64,000 nucleotides of DNA from Phycisphaeraceae bacterium (GTDB taxonomy: Bacteria > Planctomycetota > Phycisphaerae > Phycisphaerales > UBA1924), in assembly GCA_019636795.1 (NCBI GenBank), contig JAHBWW010000006.1:39253-103252 (forward strand), in the 5' to 3' direction. Position numbers and translations under genes: made by a program. Within the stretch, counting starts at the first letter, position 1. Every line of letters begins with the position of its first letter. Positions 27,003-36,567 of the stretch are shown in pieces. The notes under the pieces are model-generated. The model was not told where the DNA came from. It saw only the letters and a program-made list of their open reading frames with translations, and made no database searches.

Positions 27003-28076
27003 TCATTCCTCGGTCCAGATTCGCTCTTCGATCCCGCACGCAGCACACACACGGTAATACTTCGCACCTTCTTTGCGAATACTCACCGGCAGCCCTTTCT
27101 CGCCCACAACTCCGCACACCGAGCACACTGTCGGCATCTTCGTATTCTTGTGGCAATCACGGCAGATCCAGTAATACCCATACTTGCCCCACCGCGCCAT
27201 CAGGTTCCGTCCGCCGCAACCCTTGCACACACTATCCGGCGCACCAAACCGCTCTTTCGTGGCTGGCTGAGGCGTCACATCATCTTCACACCGCTGTGCA
27301 ACCCCAGTGCTTCTTGGTCCTCTGCCGTCACCTTCAATCGGCTGATGCCGCGAATTCAGAAACTGCTCCACTCGCGCCAGTTCATTCACGCTCATCCGCC
27401 AAACCCCATACTCATCCGATGACATCAGCCCGCCACTCGCCCGATGCTGCCGCATTTCCGCACGCAACTTCTCTGCAACCTGATCGGCTTTACAAACAAA
27501 CGACCGAAACGGCTCCGTCGGCTCCTTCCAGCCCTTCTCACGACGGATCATGCCTTCGTCGCTGATCGCAACCACGATCTGAATCGGCATCTTTGTAAAT
27601 CCTCGCTGTGTCGTCCCGTTGACCACCAACGAGAGCGGCCGCATTCCCAGCGAGACCTGCCCCAGAAGATCCGCCCGATGCTCCTGCAGCACCCTGCGCA
27701 AAAACTCCGCCTGACGCTGCGCCTGTGCAATCGGCGAGGCCATCCCTGTCCTCCTGCCCCCAAACGAACGGGTCCACTCATCCCCGCCGCTGCCATCGCC
27801 GCGCACGCTGACCGTATCACAGACCGACTTGCTCTCAACGATGAACGCACCACGCGCATGCAGCACCAGATGATCCATCTGCGCTACGCCCGACTTTCCA
27901 CACGCCTCCGGCAAAGTATCGTCAACCAGCCGCAGGCCATGGATCACCCGTACGCCCTGCTCCGTCGCAAACGCGCGATGGAGATAGTGCGCCATCTGCC
28001 TCTCAGCCCGTTCGCCGGCACTGCGTCGCGCATCTTGTTGAGATGCAGTGCGATCATTCGATTGCGATCTTGACAT
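27003..28076 (-). CDS. NERD-domain protein fused to C4 zinc-ribbon (topoisomerase-type) fingers
   Basis: HYLHRAF ... VIHGLRL ... QMDHLVLHARGAFIVESKS is a NERD core. The C-terminus has CKGCGG..WICRDC and CSVCG..CAAC. ATG 28076 (track start 28082 is GTG). Confidence 0.7.
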   Translation of the reverse strand: MSRSQSNDRTASQQDARRSAGERAERQMAHYLHRAFATEQGVRVIHGLRLVDDTLPEACGKSGVAQMDHLVLHARGAFIVESKSVCDTVSVRGDGSGGDEWTRSFGGRRTGMASPIAQAQRQAEFLRRVLQEHRADLLGQVSLGMRPLSLVVNGTTQRGFTKMPIQIVVAISDEGMIRREKGWKEPTEPFRSFVCKADQVAEKLRAEMRQHRASGGLMSSDEYGVWRMSVNELARVEQFLNSRHQPIEGDGRGPRSTGVAQRCEDDVTPQPATKERFGAPDSVCKGCGGRNLMARWGKYGYYWICRDCHKNTKMPTVCSVCGVVGEKGLPVSIRKEGAKYYRVCAACGIEERIWTEE

Positions 28077-28119
28077 GCCCACAGGCTACACAAAAACACC
28101 CACCCATGCACGCCAATCT

Positions 28120-28284
28120 TCACTCCCGCTCTTCCCTCTCAATCGTCAGCCTCACCGATGTCTGCCGCCCGCGCCCCTTGCCCCGCGCCACACGAATCGC
28201 ACGCACCACACGCCACAGCCCAAACCCCGCCGCCAACGCGCACGCCCCCGTCACAATCCAGAACTGCACATCCCCCGTCGGCAT
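28120..28284 (-). CDS. possible small membrane protein downstream of feoB (54 aa)
   Basis: Below the track size cutoff. My translation is MPTGDVQFWIVTGACALAAGFGLWRVVRAIRVARGKGRGRQTSVRLTIEREERE: one TM helix plus a basic tail. The ATG lies 7 nt after the feoB stop. Confidence 0.35.
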   Translation of the reverse strand: MPTGDVQFWIVTGACALAAGFGLWRVVRAIRVARGKGRGRQTSVRLTIEREERE

Positions 28285-28290
28285 GATCGG

Positions 28291-30207
28291 CTACCCCCCA
28301 AGCCCCAGCACAATCGCCCGCGCAATCATCGCCCCGACATACGCCACCACCGTCATCCACCCCAACTGCAGCACCGCCCACCGCACGCCCCCAGCCTCAC
28401 GCGCCGTTACCGCAAGCGTCGGCAGACACTGCATCGCAAGCACATAAAACACCAGCAGCGACCACAGCGTCGCCGTCGAAAACACCAGACTCCCGTCATC
28501 ACGACGCGCCGATTTCATCCGCTCCAGAATCCCCTCGCCTTCCTCTTCACCCGCAAGCACCACCGACATCGTGCTCACAAACACCTCGCGCGCCGCAAAA
28601 CTGCTCATCACACCGATCGAGATCTGCCAGTCATACCCAAGCGGCCCAAACACAGGTGCCGCCGCACGCCCGATCTGACCCATAAAACTCCCACGCGCCG
28701 CGTCGCGCGCCGCCATACGTTCCGCCTCAGCCCGCAACTCCGCCGCCCGATCCTCGTCGGTCGCAACCTCCGCCGCCGCCGCAAGCGCCTGCGACTCCGC
28801 ACCAGGACCAACCTCCGGATAATTCGAAAGCCACCACAACGCCATCATCATCACCAGTATCACCGTCCCCGCCTTGCGCAGAAACACGCCCGAACGCACC
28901 GCTGCTGCCTTGAGCGCCGCACCAAGCCGCGGCACACGCCACTCAGGCAACTCGATCGCAAGCGAACTCGCTGGCCCACGCAAGATCGTCCGCCGCGCAA
29001 GCAGACTCGTCGCCAGCGCCGCAACCGCGCCCAGCGCATAACACCCCGCAAACGCAGTCGCAGCCAGCGCAGGCTTGTCCGCAAACAGAAACGACACCAG
29101 CAGCGCATACACCGCAAGCCGCGCACTGCAACTCATGAATGGCAACACCAGAATCGCCGTCACACGCTCACGCACATCGCGAATCGTCCGACACGCAACA
29201 ATCGAAGGAATCGCGCACGCATGCGCACTCAGCAGCGGCACAAACGCGCTCCCAGGCAGCCCAAACGGCCTCAACACCCGATCCGCCAAGAGCGCCCCAC
29301 GCGCCAGATACCCGCTCTCTTCCAGCAGCGAGATCAGAAAAAACAACATCGCAATCTGCGGCAGAAAAACCAACGTCGCGCCCACCCCGCCCACAATCCC
29401 ATCCCCAACCAGACTCGCCACAGGCCCTTCCGGCAGCGCATTCCCAATCACCCCCGCAAGCCACGAAAAAAAACCTTCGATCCAATCCATCGGATACGCC
29501 GCAATCGCAAAAACACTATAAAACAGCCCCCACATCACCGCCGCGAAAATCAGCACACCCGCTACCGGATGCAACGCAAGCCGGTCCGCTCGATCGCCAC
29601 GCGTGCCGCTCCCCGTCGCGCTCGCCCCACGCCAAACCAATCCCGCAGTCACATCCGCCCAGTCCGCCGCAAACACCCGCGCCACAGCCCCCGTCGCCAC
29701 CACGTCGCGCGCGACACTCCCAAAAACACGCTCCGAGCCCTCAATCCCGATCGCACGCACATCCGCAGCCTTCGCAAGCGACCTCGCAACCCCGCTCGTC
29801 TCCTCCCCGCGACCCACATCCGTCACCAGCACAAACACCGCATGCCCAGCCTCGATCGACTCACGCACCACACGCAGCCCGCGCGTCACATTCGCAACGT
29901 CGATCACCACACACACCGCATCAGGCTTCTCATCGCCCGACAGCACGCGCCGACACGCTGCCGACTCCGCCGACCCATCCAGAAAACTGTACATCCCCGG
30001 CAGATCAATCAACTCAACCGTCGCATCCGCAGTCATCGCGCCAAACCGCGCTTCCTGCGTCGTTCCAGGAAAGTTCGAAGTGTGATGCGACGCCGCGCAC
30101 CACCGATTGAACAAAGTTGTTTTCCCGACGTTCGGATTCCCGATCAGCGCAACACGCACCGTCGCACCACTTCGGCCCGCTCCCGACCCATCAAAGCCCG
30201 GAGCCAT
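28291..30207 (-). CDS. feoB: ferrous iron transporter FeoB
   Basis: VALIGNPNVGKTTLFN (G1), ELIDLPG (G3), followed by a large gate/nucleoside-recognition membrane domain. Start set at MAPGF (ATG 30207); the track start is 30303. Confidence 0.92.
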   Translation of the reverse strand: MAPGFDGSGAGRSGATVRVALIGNPNVGKTTLFNRWCAASHHTSNFPGTTQEARFGAMTADATVELIDLPGMYSFLDGSAESAACRRVLSGDEKPDAVCVVIDVANVTRGLRVVRESIEAGHAVFVLVTDVGRGEETSGVARSLAKAADVRAIGIEGSERVFGSVARDVVATGAVARVFAADWADVTAGLVWRGASATGSGTRGDRADRLALHPVAGVLIFAAVMWGLFYSVFAIAAYPMDWIEGFFSWLAGVIGNALPEGPVASLVGDGIVGGVGATLVFLPQIAMLFFLISLLEESGYLARGALLADRVLRPFGLPGSAFVPLLSAHACAIPSIVACRTIRDVRERVTAILVLPFMSCSARLAVYALLVSFLFADKPALAATAFAGCYALGAVAALATSLLARRTILRGPASSLAIELPEWRVPRLGAALKAAAVRSGVFLRKAGTVILVMMMALWWLSNYPEVGPGAESQALAAAAEVATDEDRAAELRAEAERMAARDAARGSFMGQIGRAAAPVFGPLGYDWQISIGVMSSFAAREVFVSTMSVVLAGEEEGEGILERMKSARRDDGSLVFSTATLWSLLVFYVLAMQCLPTLAVTAREAGGVRWAVLQLGWMTVVAYVGAMIARAIVLGLGG

Positions 30208-30523
30208 CGCCGCCAGTCTTATTGCATGTGCAGTCAACGTAGATCCGTCGAGCAATCTCACGCCCGATCCCGATCCGGCAAACACCGCCGCACGCAAACC
30301 CAACGTTCACCACGCACGGGCTCCCAGCACGGCACACCTCAACCTCCACCCCAGGCTCGATCCCGAGCCCGCGAAGATAGTCACACTCCGCCGCACAGCC
30401 GACCGTCGCCACCACACGCCCCCGACCACCACGCGGCAGATCCGCCACCGCCGACGAATGCGCCGGAGCAACGCCTGTCACGCGGGCACGCTTGATCGGG
30501 CTGAGCAATCCACGAAACCGCAC
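30191..30523 (-). CDS. feoA: FeoA-family protein
   Basis: GRVVATVGC...LRGLGIEPGVEVEVCRAGSPCVV is a FeoA SH3-like domain. GTG start at 30523, start uncertain. Overlaps the feoB start. Confidence 0.7.
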   Translation of the reverse strand: MRFRGLLSPIKRARVTGVAPAHSSAVADLPRGGRGRVVATVGCAAECDYLRGLGIEPGVEVEVCRAGSPCVVNVGFACGGVCRIGIGREIARRIYVDCTCNKTGGDGSGL

Positions 30524-30553
30524 AGCAATCTCCTGACCGCCACACCCGACGGC

Positions 30554-30570
30554 TCAATAGAGTTTATTGA
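30554..30570. promoter_or_regulatory. AT-rich 6-5-6 palindrome upstream of feoA (candidate metalloregulator operator)
   Basis: TCAATA-gagtt-TATTGA, 31-47 nt upstream of the feoA start. It stands out as AT-rich in a GC-rich intergenic region. Confidence 0.35.
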
Positions 30571-30655
30571 GACTCAGTCGCAAAAGCAATTCCCCACCAC
30601 GCGAAAGACGCTCACCACCCCGCACGCACACCCCATTCCCGCTAACCTGTTGGCC

Positions 30656-31915
30656 ATGGCCAACCCTCCCAATCCCAATAACCACCCTGACAAACGCCCC
30701 GATTGGGCTCGCCTGCACCTCTGGCAGATTCAGCCAGTCCGCGATGTCCTTGTCGTTTTCGTCATCCTCGGCCTCCTCTGGCTCGGACAAGCCATCAGCG
30801 TCGTCACGGTCCCCGTTCTCCTCGCCATCCTCTTCGCTTACCTCTTCGAACCTGTCATTCAACTCCTTGTTCGTCGCACACGCCTCTCTCGCAAAGGAGC
30901 CGTCGCCTCCATCCTCGTCGCCGCGATCGTCCTCGTGCTCATCCCCGTCACCCTTGGTCTCTCCTACGGCGTCATCCAGACTGCCGGACTCACTGCACGA
31001 CTCACCAACAACGTCCGCCTCGTCACTTCCTTCGTGCAAGCAGACGAAGCCGCCGCCATCGAAGCCGCCCGACAAAAACTCCTTGACCACTCCGGCCAAG
31101 CCTGGATCTGGATGGGCGAACAACTCCGCGCCGAAGAAGGCGGAGACCTCGAAATCGTCTTCGCAACCGCCTCCGCATGGACTCAGGCAAACGCACAACG
31201 CATCGCACAAACCGCCGTTGGCCTCGGTACCAACGTCTTTCAAACCGCACTCCAACTCATAACCGGCGCAATCTCACTCGCATTCATGGTCTTCCTCACC
31301 GGGTTCTTCTTCTACTTCATCGCCACCAAATGGATCGAATGCAAGGGATTCGCCGTTCACCTGCTCCCCGAAATACACCGCGCTCGCTCAATCGATCTCC
31401 TCAAACGCTTCGACATCGTCGTCTCCGCATTCATCCGAGGCCGCCTCACCATCGCATTCATTCAGTCCATCCTCTTCACCCTCGGATTCATGATCATCGG
31501 TGTGCCCGCAGCATTCATCCTCGGCCCACTCGTCGCAATCCTCGCCATCGTCCCATACCTCGCCCTCATCGGCGTCCCCATCGCAATCACGCTCCTCTGG
31601 CTCGAAAACCACACCGGCATTCGCGGCAACATCATCTGGGTCATCGCCGCACCCCTCGTCCTCTACTTCCTCGTACAGGCCGCCGACGACTACGTCCTTA
31701 CTCCCATGATCCAGGGAAAGGAAACCGGCATGTCCACCCCAATGATCCTCTTCGCTTCACTCGCCGGAGGAGCCCTCTTTGGGGTTTTTGGACTCCTCAT
31801 CGCAATCCCCATTGCCGCATGCCTCAAAATCGTCATCGAAGCAATTCTCTGGCCACGCTTCCGCGATTGGACCAAAGGCCGAAAAGCAGACTTCCTCCCA
31901 ATCGACTCCAACTAA
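30656..31915 (+). CDS. AI-2E (PerM/UPF0118) family transporter
   Basis: ATG 30656. 7-8 TM segments. The layout and the tail (MILFASLAGGALFGVFGLLIAIPIAACLKIV) are typical of the AI-2E family. Confidence 0.8.
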   Translation: MANPPNPNNHPDKRPDWARLHLWQIQPVRDVLVVFVILGLLWLGQAISVVTVPVLLAILFAYLFEPVIQLLVRRTRLSRKGAVASILVAAIVLVLIPVTLGLSYGVIQTAGLTARLTNNVRLVTSFVQADEAAAIEAARQKLLDHSGQAWIWMGEQLRAEEGGDLEIVFATASAWTQANAQRIAQTAVGLGTNVFQTALQLITGAISLAFMVFLTGFFFYFIATKWIECKGFAVHLLPEIHRARSIDLLKRFDIVVSAFIRGRLTIAFIQSILFTLGFMIIGVPAAFILGPLVAILAIVPYLALIGVPIAITLLWLENHTGIRGNIIWVIAAPLVLYFLVQAADDYVLTPMIQGKETGMSTPMILFASLAGGALFGVFGLLIAIPIAACLKIVIEAILWPRFRDWTKGRKADFLPIDSN

Positions 31916-32142
31916 ACCCAACCTTTCCCTGACCCGTCCACGCCTGAACCCCGCCTCGAACTCCTCTCCAACTCCAACTTTCTCCCCAAACGCGCAAAAA
32001 TCGACACCTTCGCGCCAAACATGCCGCCTCATTCTGGCCAAACTTGCCCACACGCGCCGATCAACTCCTCCGAACCAGCCACTCATCGGACGCGGGAGTC
32101 GCGCCCGGGCACACATTCAACCACTGACCGAAGGAGTCGATC

Positions 32143-32658
32143 ATGGCCTCAACAACATCAAACAACACCGAGATGACCGTCATCGGGCGTGACACCCGTA
32201 TCAAGGGTGAAATGTACTTCGAAGGCGGCGCACGCATCCTCGGTACCTTCGAAGGCAAAATCAATGCCGCAGGCGAAGTCCAGGTCGGACGCGGCGCAAC
32301 CTGCCGCGCAACCATCGAAGCCGAACGTGTCGTCGTCGATGGACAAATCGAAGGCGACATCGTCGCAACCGAACTTCTCACCCTCAATGCCGACGCTCGA
32401 GTCGAAGGCGACATCACCGCTTCCAAACTCGTCGTCATCGAAGGCGCAACATTCACCGGCCAATGCCGCGTCGGTCAGATCGGAGCGCCCTCCACGCAGA
32501 CTCAACCCGAATCACGCACCCGCACCGCACCTGCCTCCGCACCATCTCTTCACACCCCGCGCGCCACAACCCTCCGCTCCGCTGCCGAGCCAAAACCCGT
32601 CGTCGAAACCAGGCCCCTCTCCCTCGACATCGACTCACGCGCCGCAGACGTCGCCTGA
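32143..32658 (+). CDS. bactofilin
   Basis: AAGGAG RBS. DUF583-type windings VIGRDTRIKGEMYFEGGARILGTFEGKI ... VVVDGQIEGDIVATELLTLNADARVEGDITASKLVVIEGATFTG, followed by a Pro/Thr/Ser-rich tail. Confidence 0.85.
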   Translation: MASTTSNNTEMTVIGRDTRIKGEMYFEGGARILGTFEGKINAAGEVQVGRGATCRATIEAERVVVDGQIEGDIVATELLTLNADARVEGDITASKLVVIEGATFTGQCRVGQIGAPSTQTQPESRTRTAPASAPSLHTPRATTLRSAAEPKPVVETRPLSLDIDSRAADVA

Positions 32659-32781
32659 CATTCAACCCCAACGACACCGCTCACGACAGAGCCGTAGTCT
32701 GGCAAAAATCAGTTCCTCAACACCTCGTGCTGCATGCACCCGCATGCAACGCGCATTTTCACCGCCTCGTGCTCACTCCCC

Positions 32782-33222
32782 ATGACCACCGACGCACTTT
32801 CCATCCGTTCAGCAATCGTCGGCCGCCAAGGCACCGTTCCCGCCTGCTGCTACCACTGCGGAAACTCCATCAAGATCCCCGCTTCCGCAATGACCGTCAC
32901 ATGCCCCGAATGTTATAAACAACTCAACCTCGAAGACATCTCCGTCCGCGCCATGCACTGGGGAGGCAGCCTCCGAACCACCGGCGTCGTCGTCATCCAC
33001 AAAAAAGCTCGCGCCGTCTGCAACGACGTCATCGCAAGCCAGGGTGTCCGCATTCTCGGCTCGCTCGAAGCATCAGTCCGATCCGCAGGCCCCGTATACC
33101 TCGGCCCAAACGCAACAGTCAAGGGCGCCATCAACGCACCCAAACTCATCGTCGAGCCCGGCGCACAACTCCTCGGCGGGCCCTTCCGCGTCCCCGGCGC
33201 ATTCATCGAACCACGCCACTGA
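32782..33222 (+). CDS. bactofilin-like protein with N-terminal zinc ribbon
   Basis: CCYHCGNS...CPECY, followed by windings VVIHKKARAVCNDVIASQGVRILGSLEASVRSAGPVYLGPNATVKGAINAPKLIVEPGAQLLG. Confidence 0.65.
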   Translation: MTTDALSIRSAIVGRQGTVPACCYHCGNSIKIPASAMTVTCPECYKQLNLEDISVRAMHWGGSLRTTGVVVIHKKARAVCNDVIASQGVRILGSLEASVRSAGPVYLGPNATVKGAINAPKLIVEPGAQLLGGPFRVPGAFIEPRH

Positions 33223-33226
33223 CGCC

Positions 33227-34195
33227 TCACCCCGCCGCCATCTCCTCCCGCACCCTCTCAAGCAACTTCTTCGTCGCCCTGATCCCCGCATACTCATCGA
33301 GCACCCCGCCCTCATACTCGATACCCACAAACCCGCGATACCCAGCCTCAATCACAATCTTCATCATGAGGCGATAGTCCGTGTGCTTCTCATTCCCATC
33401 CTCATCAAAATCATGCGACTTGGCGCTCACCGCCTTCGCAAATGGCATCAACTCCGCAACCCCCTTGTACCGGTCATACGCCTCCGTCGCACTCACATTG
33501 AAATTCCCAAAATCCGGCAGCGTCCCGCATCGCTCATCGCCAAACTTCTTCATCACCCCCGCAAGCCACGCACCATTCGACGACAGCCCCCCGTGATTCT
33601 CCACAATCACGTTCAAACTCATCGGCCTCGCCCGCTCCGTCAGCCGCCTCAGCCCATCCGCCGCACGCTCCATCTGCTCTTCATAACTCCCAGAACTCTG
33701 CGCATTAACCCGAATCGAATGGCACCCCAGCGCCTTGGCCGCCTCAAGCCACCGCACATGATTCTCGATCGCTCGCGCCCGCCGATCCTCATCAGCATCG
33801 CCCAGCGCCCCCTCCCCATCCACCATGATCAGCAGATGCTTCACGCCAACATCGCGCGCCCGCTCATTCAGCGCCGCCAGATACTCCTCGTCCCGCGCCT
33901 TGTCCTTGAAAAATGTATTCACAAACTCAATCGCCTCGATCCCGAACTCCTCGCGCGCCACCTTCGCAAAATCCAGCGTCGTCAACTTCCCCGACTGCAG
34001 CGCCCGGTGCAGCGACCACTGCGCCAGCGAAATCCGAAACAACGGCTCGCGCAGCCACTCCCGCGCCAGCCCAGGCCCCGCCGCAACCGCCGCAAGCACG
34101 CCCCCGATCGCCGCACGACGACTGATGCCGCAACCCTTCGCCTCGATCGCGCTCGCCGCCCGTCTCGCATCATTCATCATCGCATCTCCCATCAT
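33227..34195 (-). CDS. Tat-exported sugar phosphate isomerase/epimerase (xylose isomerase-like TIM barrel)
   Basis: Twin-arginine signal [23 protein letters not shown]-barrel family pattern ([30 protein letters not shown]). Confidence 0.8.
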   Translation of the reverse strand: MMGDAMMNDARRAASAIEAKGCGISRRAAIGGVLAAVAAGPGLAREWLREPLFRISLAQWSLHRALQSGKLTTLDFAKVAREEFGIEAIEFVNTFFKDKARDEEYLAALNERARDVGVKHLLIMVDGEGALGDADEDRRARAIENHVRWLEAAKALGCHSIRVNAQSSGSYEEQMERAADGLRRLTERARPMSLNVIVENHGGLSSNGAWLAGVMKKFGDERCGTLPDFGNFNVSATEAYDRYKGVAELMPFAKAVSAKSHDFDEDGNEKHTDYRLMMKIVIEAGYRGFVGIEYEGGVLDEYAGIRATKKLLERVREEMAAG

Positions 34196-34221
34196 CGCTG
34201 TGTCGCATCACCCGCCGCACT

Positions 34222-34788
34222 TCACCCGCTCAGTCCCTTGATCCCGCCCATCCGCCGCAGATCCGAGTACCGCGCCAGCGAATTCTCGATGATCGCGTGC
34301 GCCATCTCCGCAGGCATGATCTCATCGACCTCCACGCCCTTGCCCTCGAGCATCTTGTAATCCTCGAAGAATCGCTTGAGCATCTTGAACGTGTGCCGCG
34401 GAAAGTCCGACGCCTTGTGATAATCCGCATACTCCGGATCGTTCACCAGCACCGAAACGATCTTGTGGTCCGGCTGCCCGTCATCCACCATCGTCATCAC
34501 GCCCACCGCCCGCGCCTCGCAGATGCACAGCGGCGGGATCTCCTCCGAGCAGAACACCAGCACATCCAGCGGGTCATCATCCTCCGCCATCGTCTGCGGT
34601 ATGAACCCATAGTTCGCCGGGTAGTACACCGCGCTCGACAGCACCCGGTCCAGCCGAATCATCCCCGTGTGCTTGTCCAGTTCGTACTTGTTGCTCGATC
34701 CCTTCGGGATCTCGATGATCGCCTTGAAAAACTCCGGCAGCGCCAGCCCGCTCACTCCAGGAGATACGTCATGCCACGGATGAATCAT
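34222..34788 (-). CDS. ppa: inorganic pyrophosphatase (family I)
   Basis: HPWHD, EIPKGSSNKYELD, YPANYGFIPQT..EDDDPLDVLV. Confidence 0.95.
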   Translation of the reverse strand: MIHPWHDVSPGVSGLALPEFFKAIIEIPKGSSNKYELDKHTGMIRLDRVLSSAVYYPANYGFIPQTMAEDDDPLDVLVFCSEEIPPLCICEARAVGVMTMVDDGQPDHKIVSVLVNDPEYADYHKASDFPRHTFKMLKRFFEDYKMLEGKGVEVDEIMPAEMAHAIIENSLARYSDLRRMGGIKGLSG

Positions 34789-34842
34789 GCACTCAGGATA
34801 GGCCCGCCCATTTCCGCTCCCAAGCCCGCTCAATCCTCAGCA

Positions 34843-35871
34843 TCAGACCTGGCTCAGGAACCGCAGATCGTTCTCAAACAGCATCCGTATATCTGGGATC
34901 CCGTACTTGCCCATCGCAATGCGCTCAATCCCAAACCCGAACGCAAACCCGGTCCATTCCTCCGGGTCGATGCCGCACGCCGACAGCACATTCGGATCCA
35001 CCATCCCGCAGCCGCCCAATTCCACCCATCCCGGAGCCTGCCCGGGCTTGAGCGCGATCTTCATGTCAAACTCTGCGCTCGGCTCAGTAAACGGGAAGAA
35101 ACTCGGCCGCAGACGAACCTCCGCATCCGGGCTGAAATACGCCCGCGCAAAGTGCATCAGCGTCGATTGCAGATCCACCATCGTCACATCGCGATCAATA
35201 TACAAACCCTCGATCTGATGAAACATGAACGAATGTGTCGCATCCACAGTGTCAGGCCGATACACCCGCCCCGGCGAAACAACCTTCAGTGGGGGCCCCC
35301 AGCCCCTCGCCACCGCATCCTCCATCGTCCGAATCTGCACCGTCGAAGTCTGGCTCCGCAGCATCCGCGGCCGCTGGGTCGTCGCAGGATTGTCAACATA
35401 AAAATTATCGATCGGATCACGCGCCGGGTGCTCAGCCGGAATGTTCAATTTGATAAAATTATGTTCGTCGTCTTCCAGCTCCGGCCCCGTCGCAACTTCA
35501 AACCCCATCCGCCCGAAAACATCGACCAGTTCATCCCGAACACGCGAAATAATGTGCCGCCTCCCAAGAGCCGACGACTGAATCACCCCCGGCTCCGTCA
35601 GATCAATCGCCGGCCCCGAACTCCCCGACGCCGCCATCGCAGCCGCACGCAGCGCAAACTCAGCCTCAAGCACAGCCTTCATCGCATTCACCGCCTGCCC
35701 ATACGCAGGCTTGTCCCCAGGCGCCACATCCTTCATCGCCCCCATCGCGGCGCGCACCTTCCCCTTCGAGCCAAGGTACTCCACACGCCAGCCTTCCAAA
35801 GCCGCCTGGTCGGCAACAGCAGCAAGTTCAGCAAGCGCCGCAGACTGAGTTGTACGAAGTGAATCAAGCAT
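34843..35871 (-). CDS. pheS: phenylalanine--tRNA ligase alpha subunit
   Basis: Class II motifs FPFTEPSAEFD, GCGMVDPNVL, GFAFGFGIERIAM. ATG 35871 (track start 35901 is GTG). Confidence 0.95.
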   Translation of the reverse strand: MLDSLRTTQSAALAELAAVADQAALEGWRVEYLGSKGKVRAAMGAMKDVAPGDKPAYGQAVNAMKAVLEAEFALRAAAMAASGSSGPAIDLTEPGVIQSSALGRRHIISRVRDELVDVFGRMGFEVATGPELEDDEHNFIKLNIPAEHPARDPIDNFYVDNPATTQRPRMLRSQTSTVQIRTMEDAVARGWGPPLKVVSPGRVYRPDTVDATHSFMFHQIEGLYIDRDVTMVDLQSTLMHFARAYFSPDAEVRLRPSFFPFTEPSAEFDMKIALKPGQAPGWVELGGCGMVDPNVLSACGIDPEEWTGFAFGFGIERIAMGKYGIPDIRMLFENDLRFLSQV

Positions 35872-35948
35872 CCAGTCACTATAGGATTCCGCACCCGACA
35901 CGCGGGCCTGTCACAACGAAATCAACGTGTGCGAAATCGAGGTGTGCA

Positions 35949-36191
35949 ATGACTCTTGAACTCGTCCGCGAACTCCTGCTGTGGTGCACAATCGTCAACG
36001 CTGCGATCCTGATCGTCTGGTTCGCCCTCTTCACCCTGGCCCGAGGTTGGATCAAGCGGCTGCACGGGCGCTGGTTTCGGCTCAGCGATGAGCAGTTCGA
36101 CGCAATCCACTACCTCGGCCTGATGCTGTACAAGTTGGGCATTTTCGTCTTCAATCTGGTACCCATGCTCGTCCTCTACGCCATCGGGTGA
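35949..36191 (+). CDS. small two-TM membrane protein, function unknown
   Basis: ATG 35949. MTLELVRELLLWCTIVNAAILIVWFALFTL ... LGIFVFNLVPMLVLYAIG. Confidence 0.5.
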   Translation: MTLELVRELLLWCTIVNAAILIVWFALFTLARGWIKRLHGRWFRLSDEQFDAIHYLGLMLYKLGIFVFNLVPMLVLYAIG

Positions 36192-36236
36192 TTGACCCAC
36201 CCCCCCCGGCACCAGCACCGCCAGCACAAACGGGCC

Positions 36237-36264
36237 AAAAAAAGCCCCGGCGTTTGGCCGGGGC
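36237..36264 (-). terminator. intrinsic terminator downstream of tRNA-Arg
   Basis: The minus strand reads GCCCCGGC-caaac-GCCGGGGC-TTTTTTT. Confidence 0.7.
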
Positions 36265-36279
36265 TGGTGGCGATAAAAG

Positions 36280-36353
36280 CACGGGCGAAAGGATTCGAAC
36301 CCTTAACCTCCTGATCCGTAGTCAGGTGCTCTATCCAGTTGAGCTACGCCCGC
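36280..36353 (-). tRNA. tRNA-Arg (anticodon ACG)
   Basis: Reverse complement: GCGGGCG-TA-GCTC-AACTGGATA-GAGC-A-CCTGA-CTACGGA-TCAGG-AGGTT-AAGGG-TTCGAAT-CCTTT-CGCCCGT-G. The cloverleaf folds with G1-U72 and one G-U pair in the T stem. No CCA encoded. Confidence 0.9.
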
Positions 36354-36567
36354 AGGATGTCGCAGATAGGTTAAGCGTCCCGGGCGTCCTCGGCAAGGGG
36401 GCCGGGGCATGGAGTTGATTTCTTTTGAGGTGCGTGCAAGCATATTGACCGGGTTGGGCCTACAGTTTGGGCCCTAGGCCGACGGCGGTAGTTGGCGGGA
36501 ATAATGGGCCTGGATTCAGGCTCACGAGGTTCAGGCAAACTGGTTTCCCGTATAGAGGTGTTTTCAT

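Noticed and set aside
28048-30495. 815-aa plus-strand ORF across the feo locus
   Set aside because: Its composition is dominated by Arg/Pro/His/Thr and it lies antisense to FeoB, whose G-domain motifs are unambiguous.
34297-35862. 521-aa plus-strand ORF
   Set aside because: It is antisense to ppa and pheS, both identified by strong motifs, and its composition is Arg/His/Pro-rich.
36355-36567. Promoter elements between tRNA-Arg and rpsT (for example TTGACC at ~36457)
   Set aside because: There is no -10 partner at proper spacing, and the promoter consensus in this lineage is unknown to me. Not reported.
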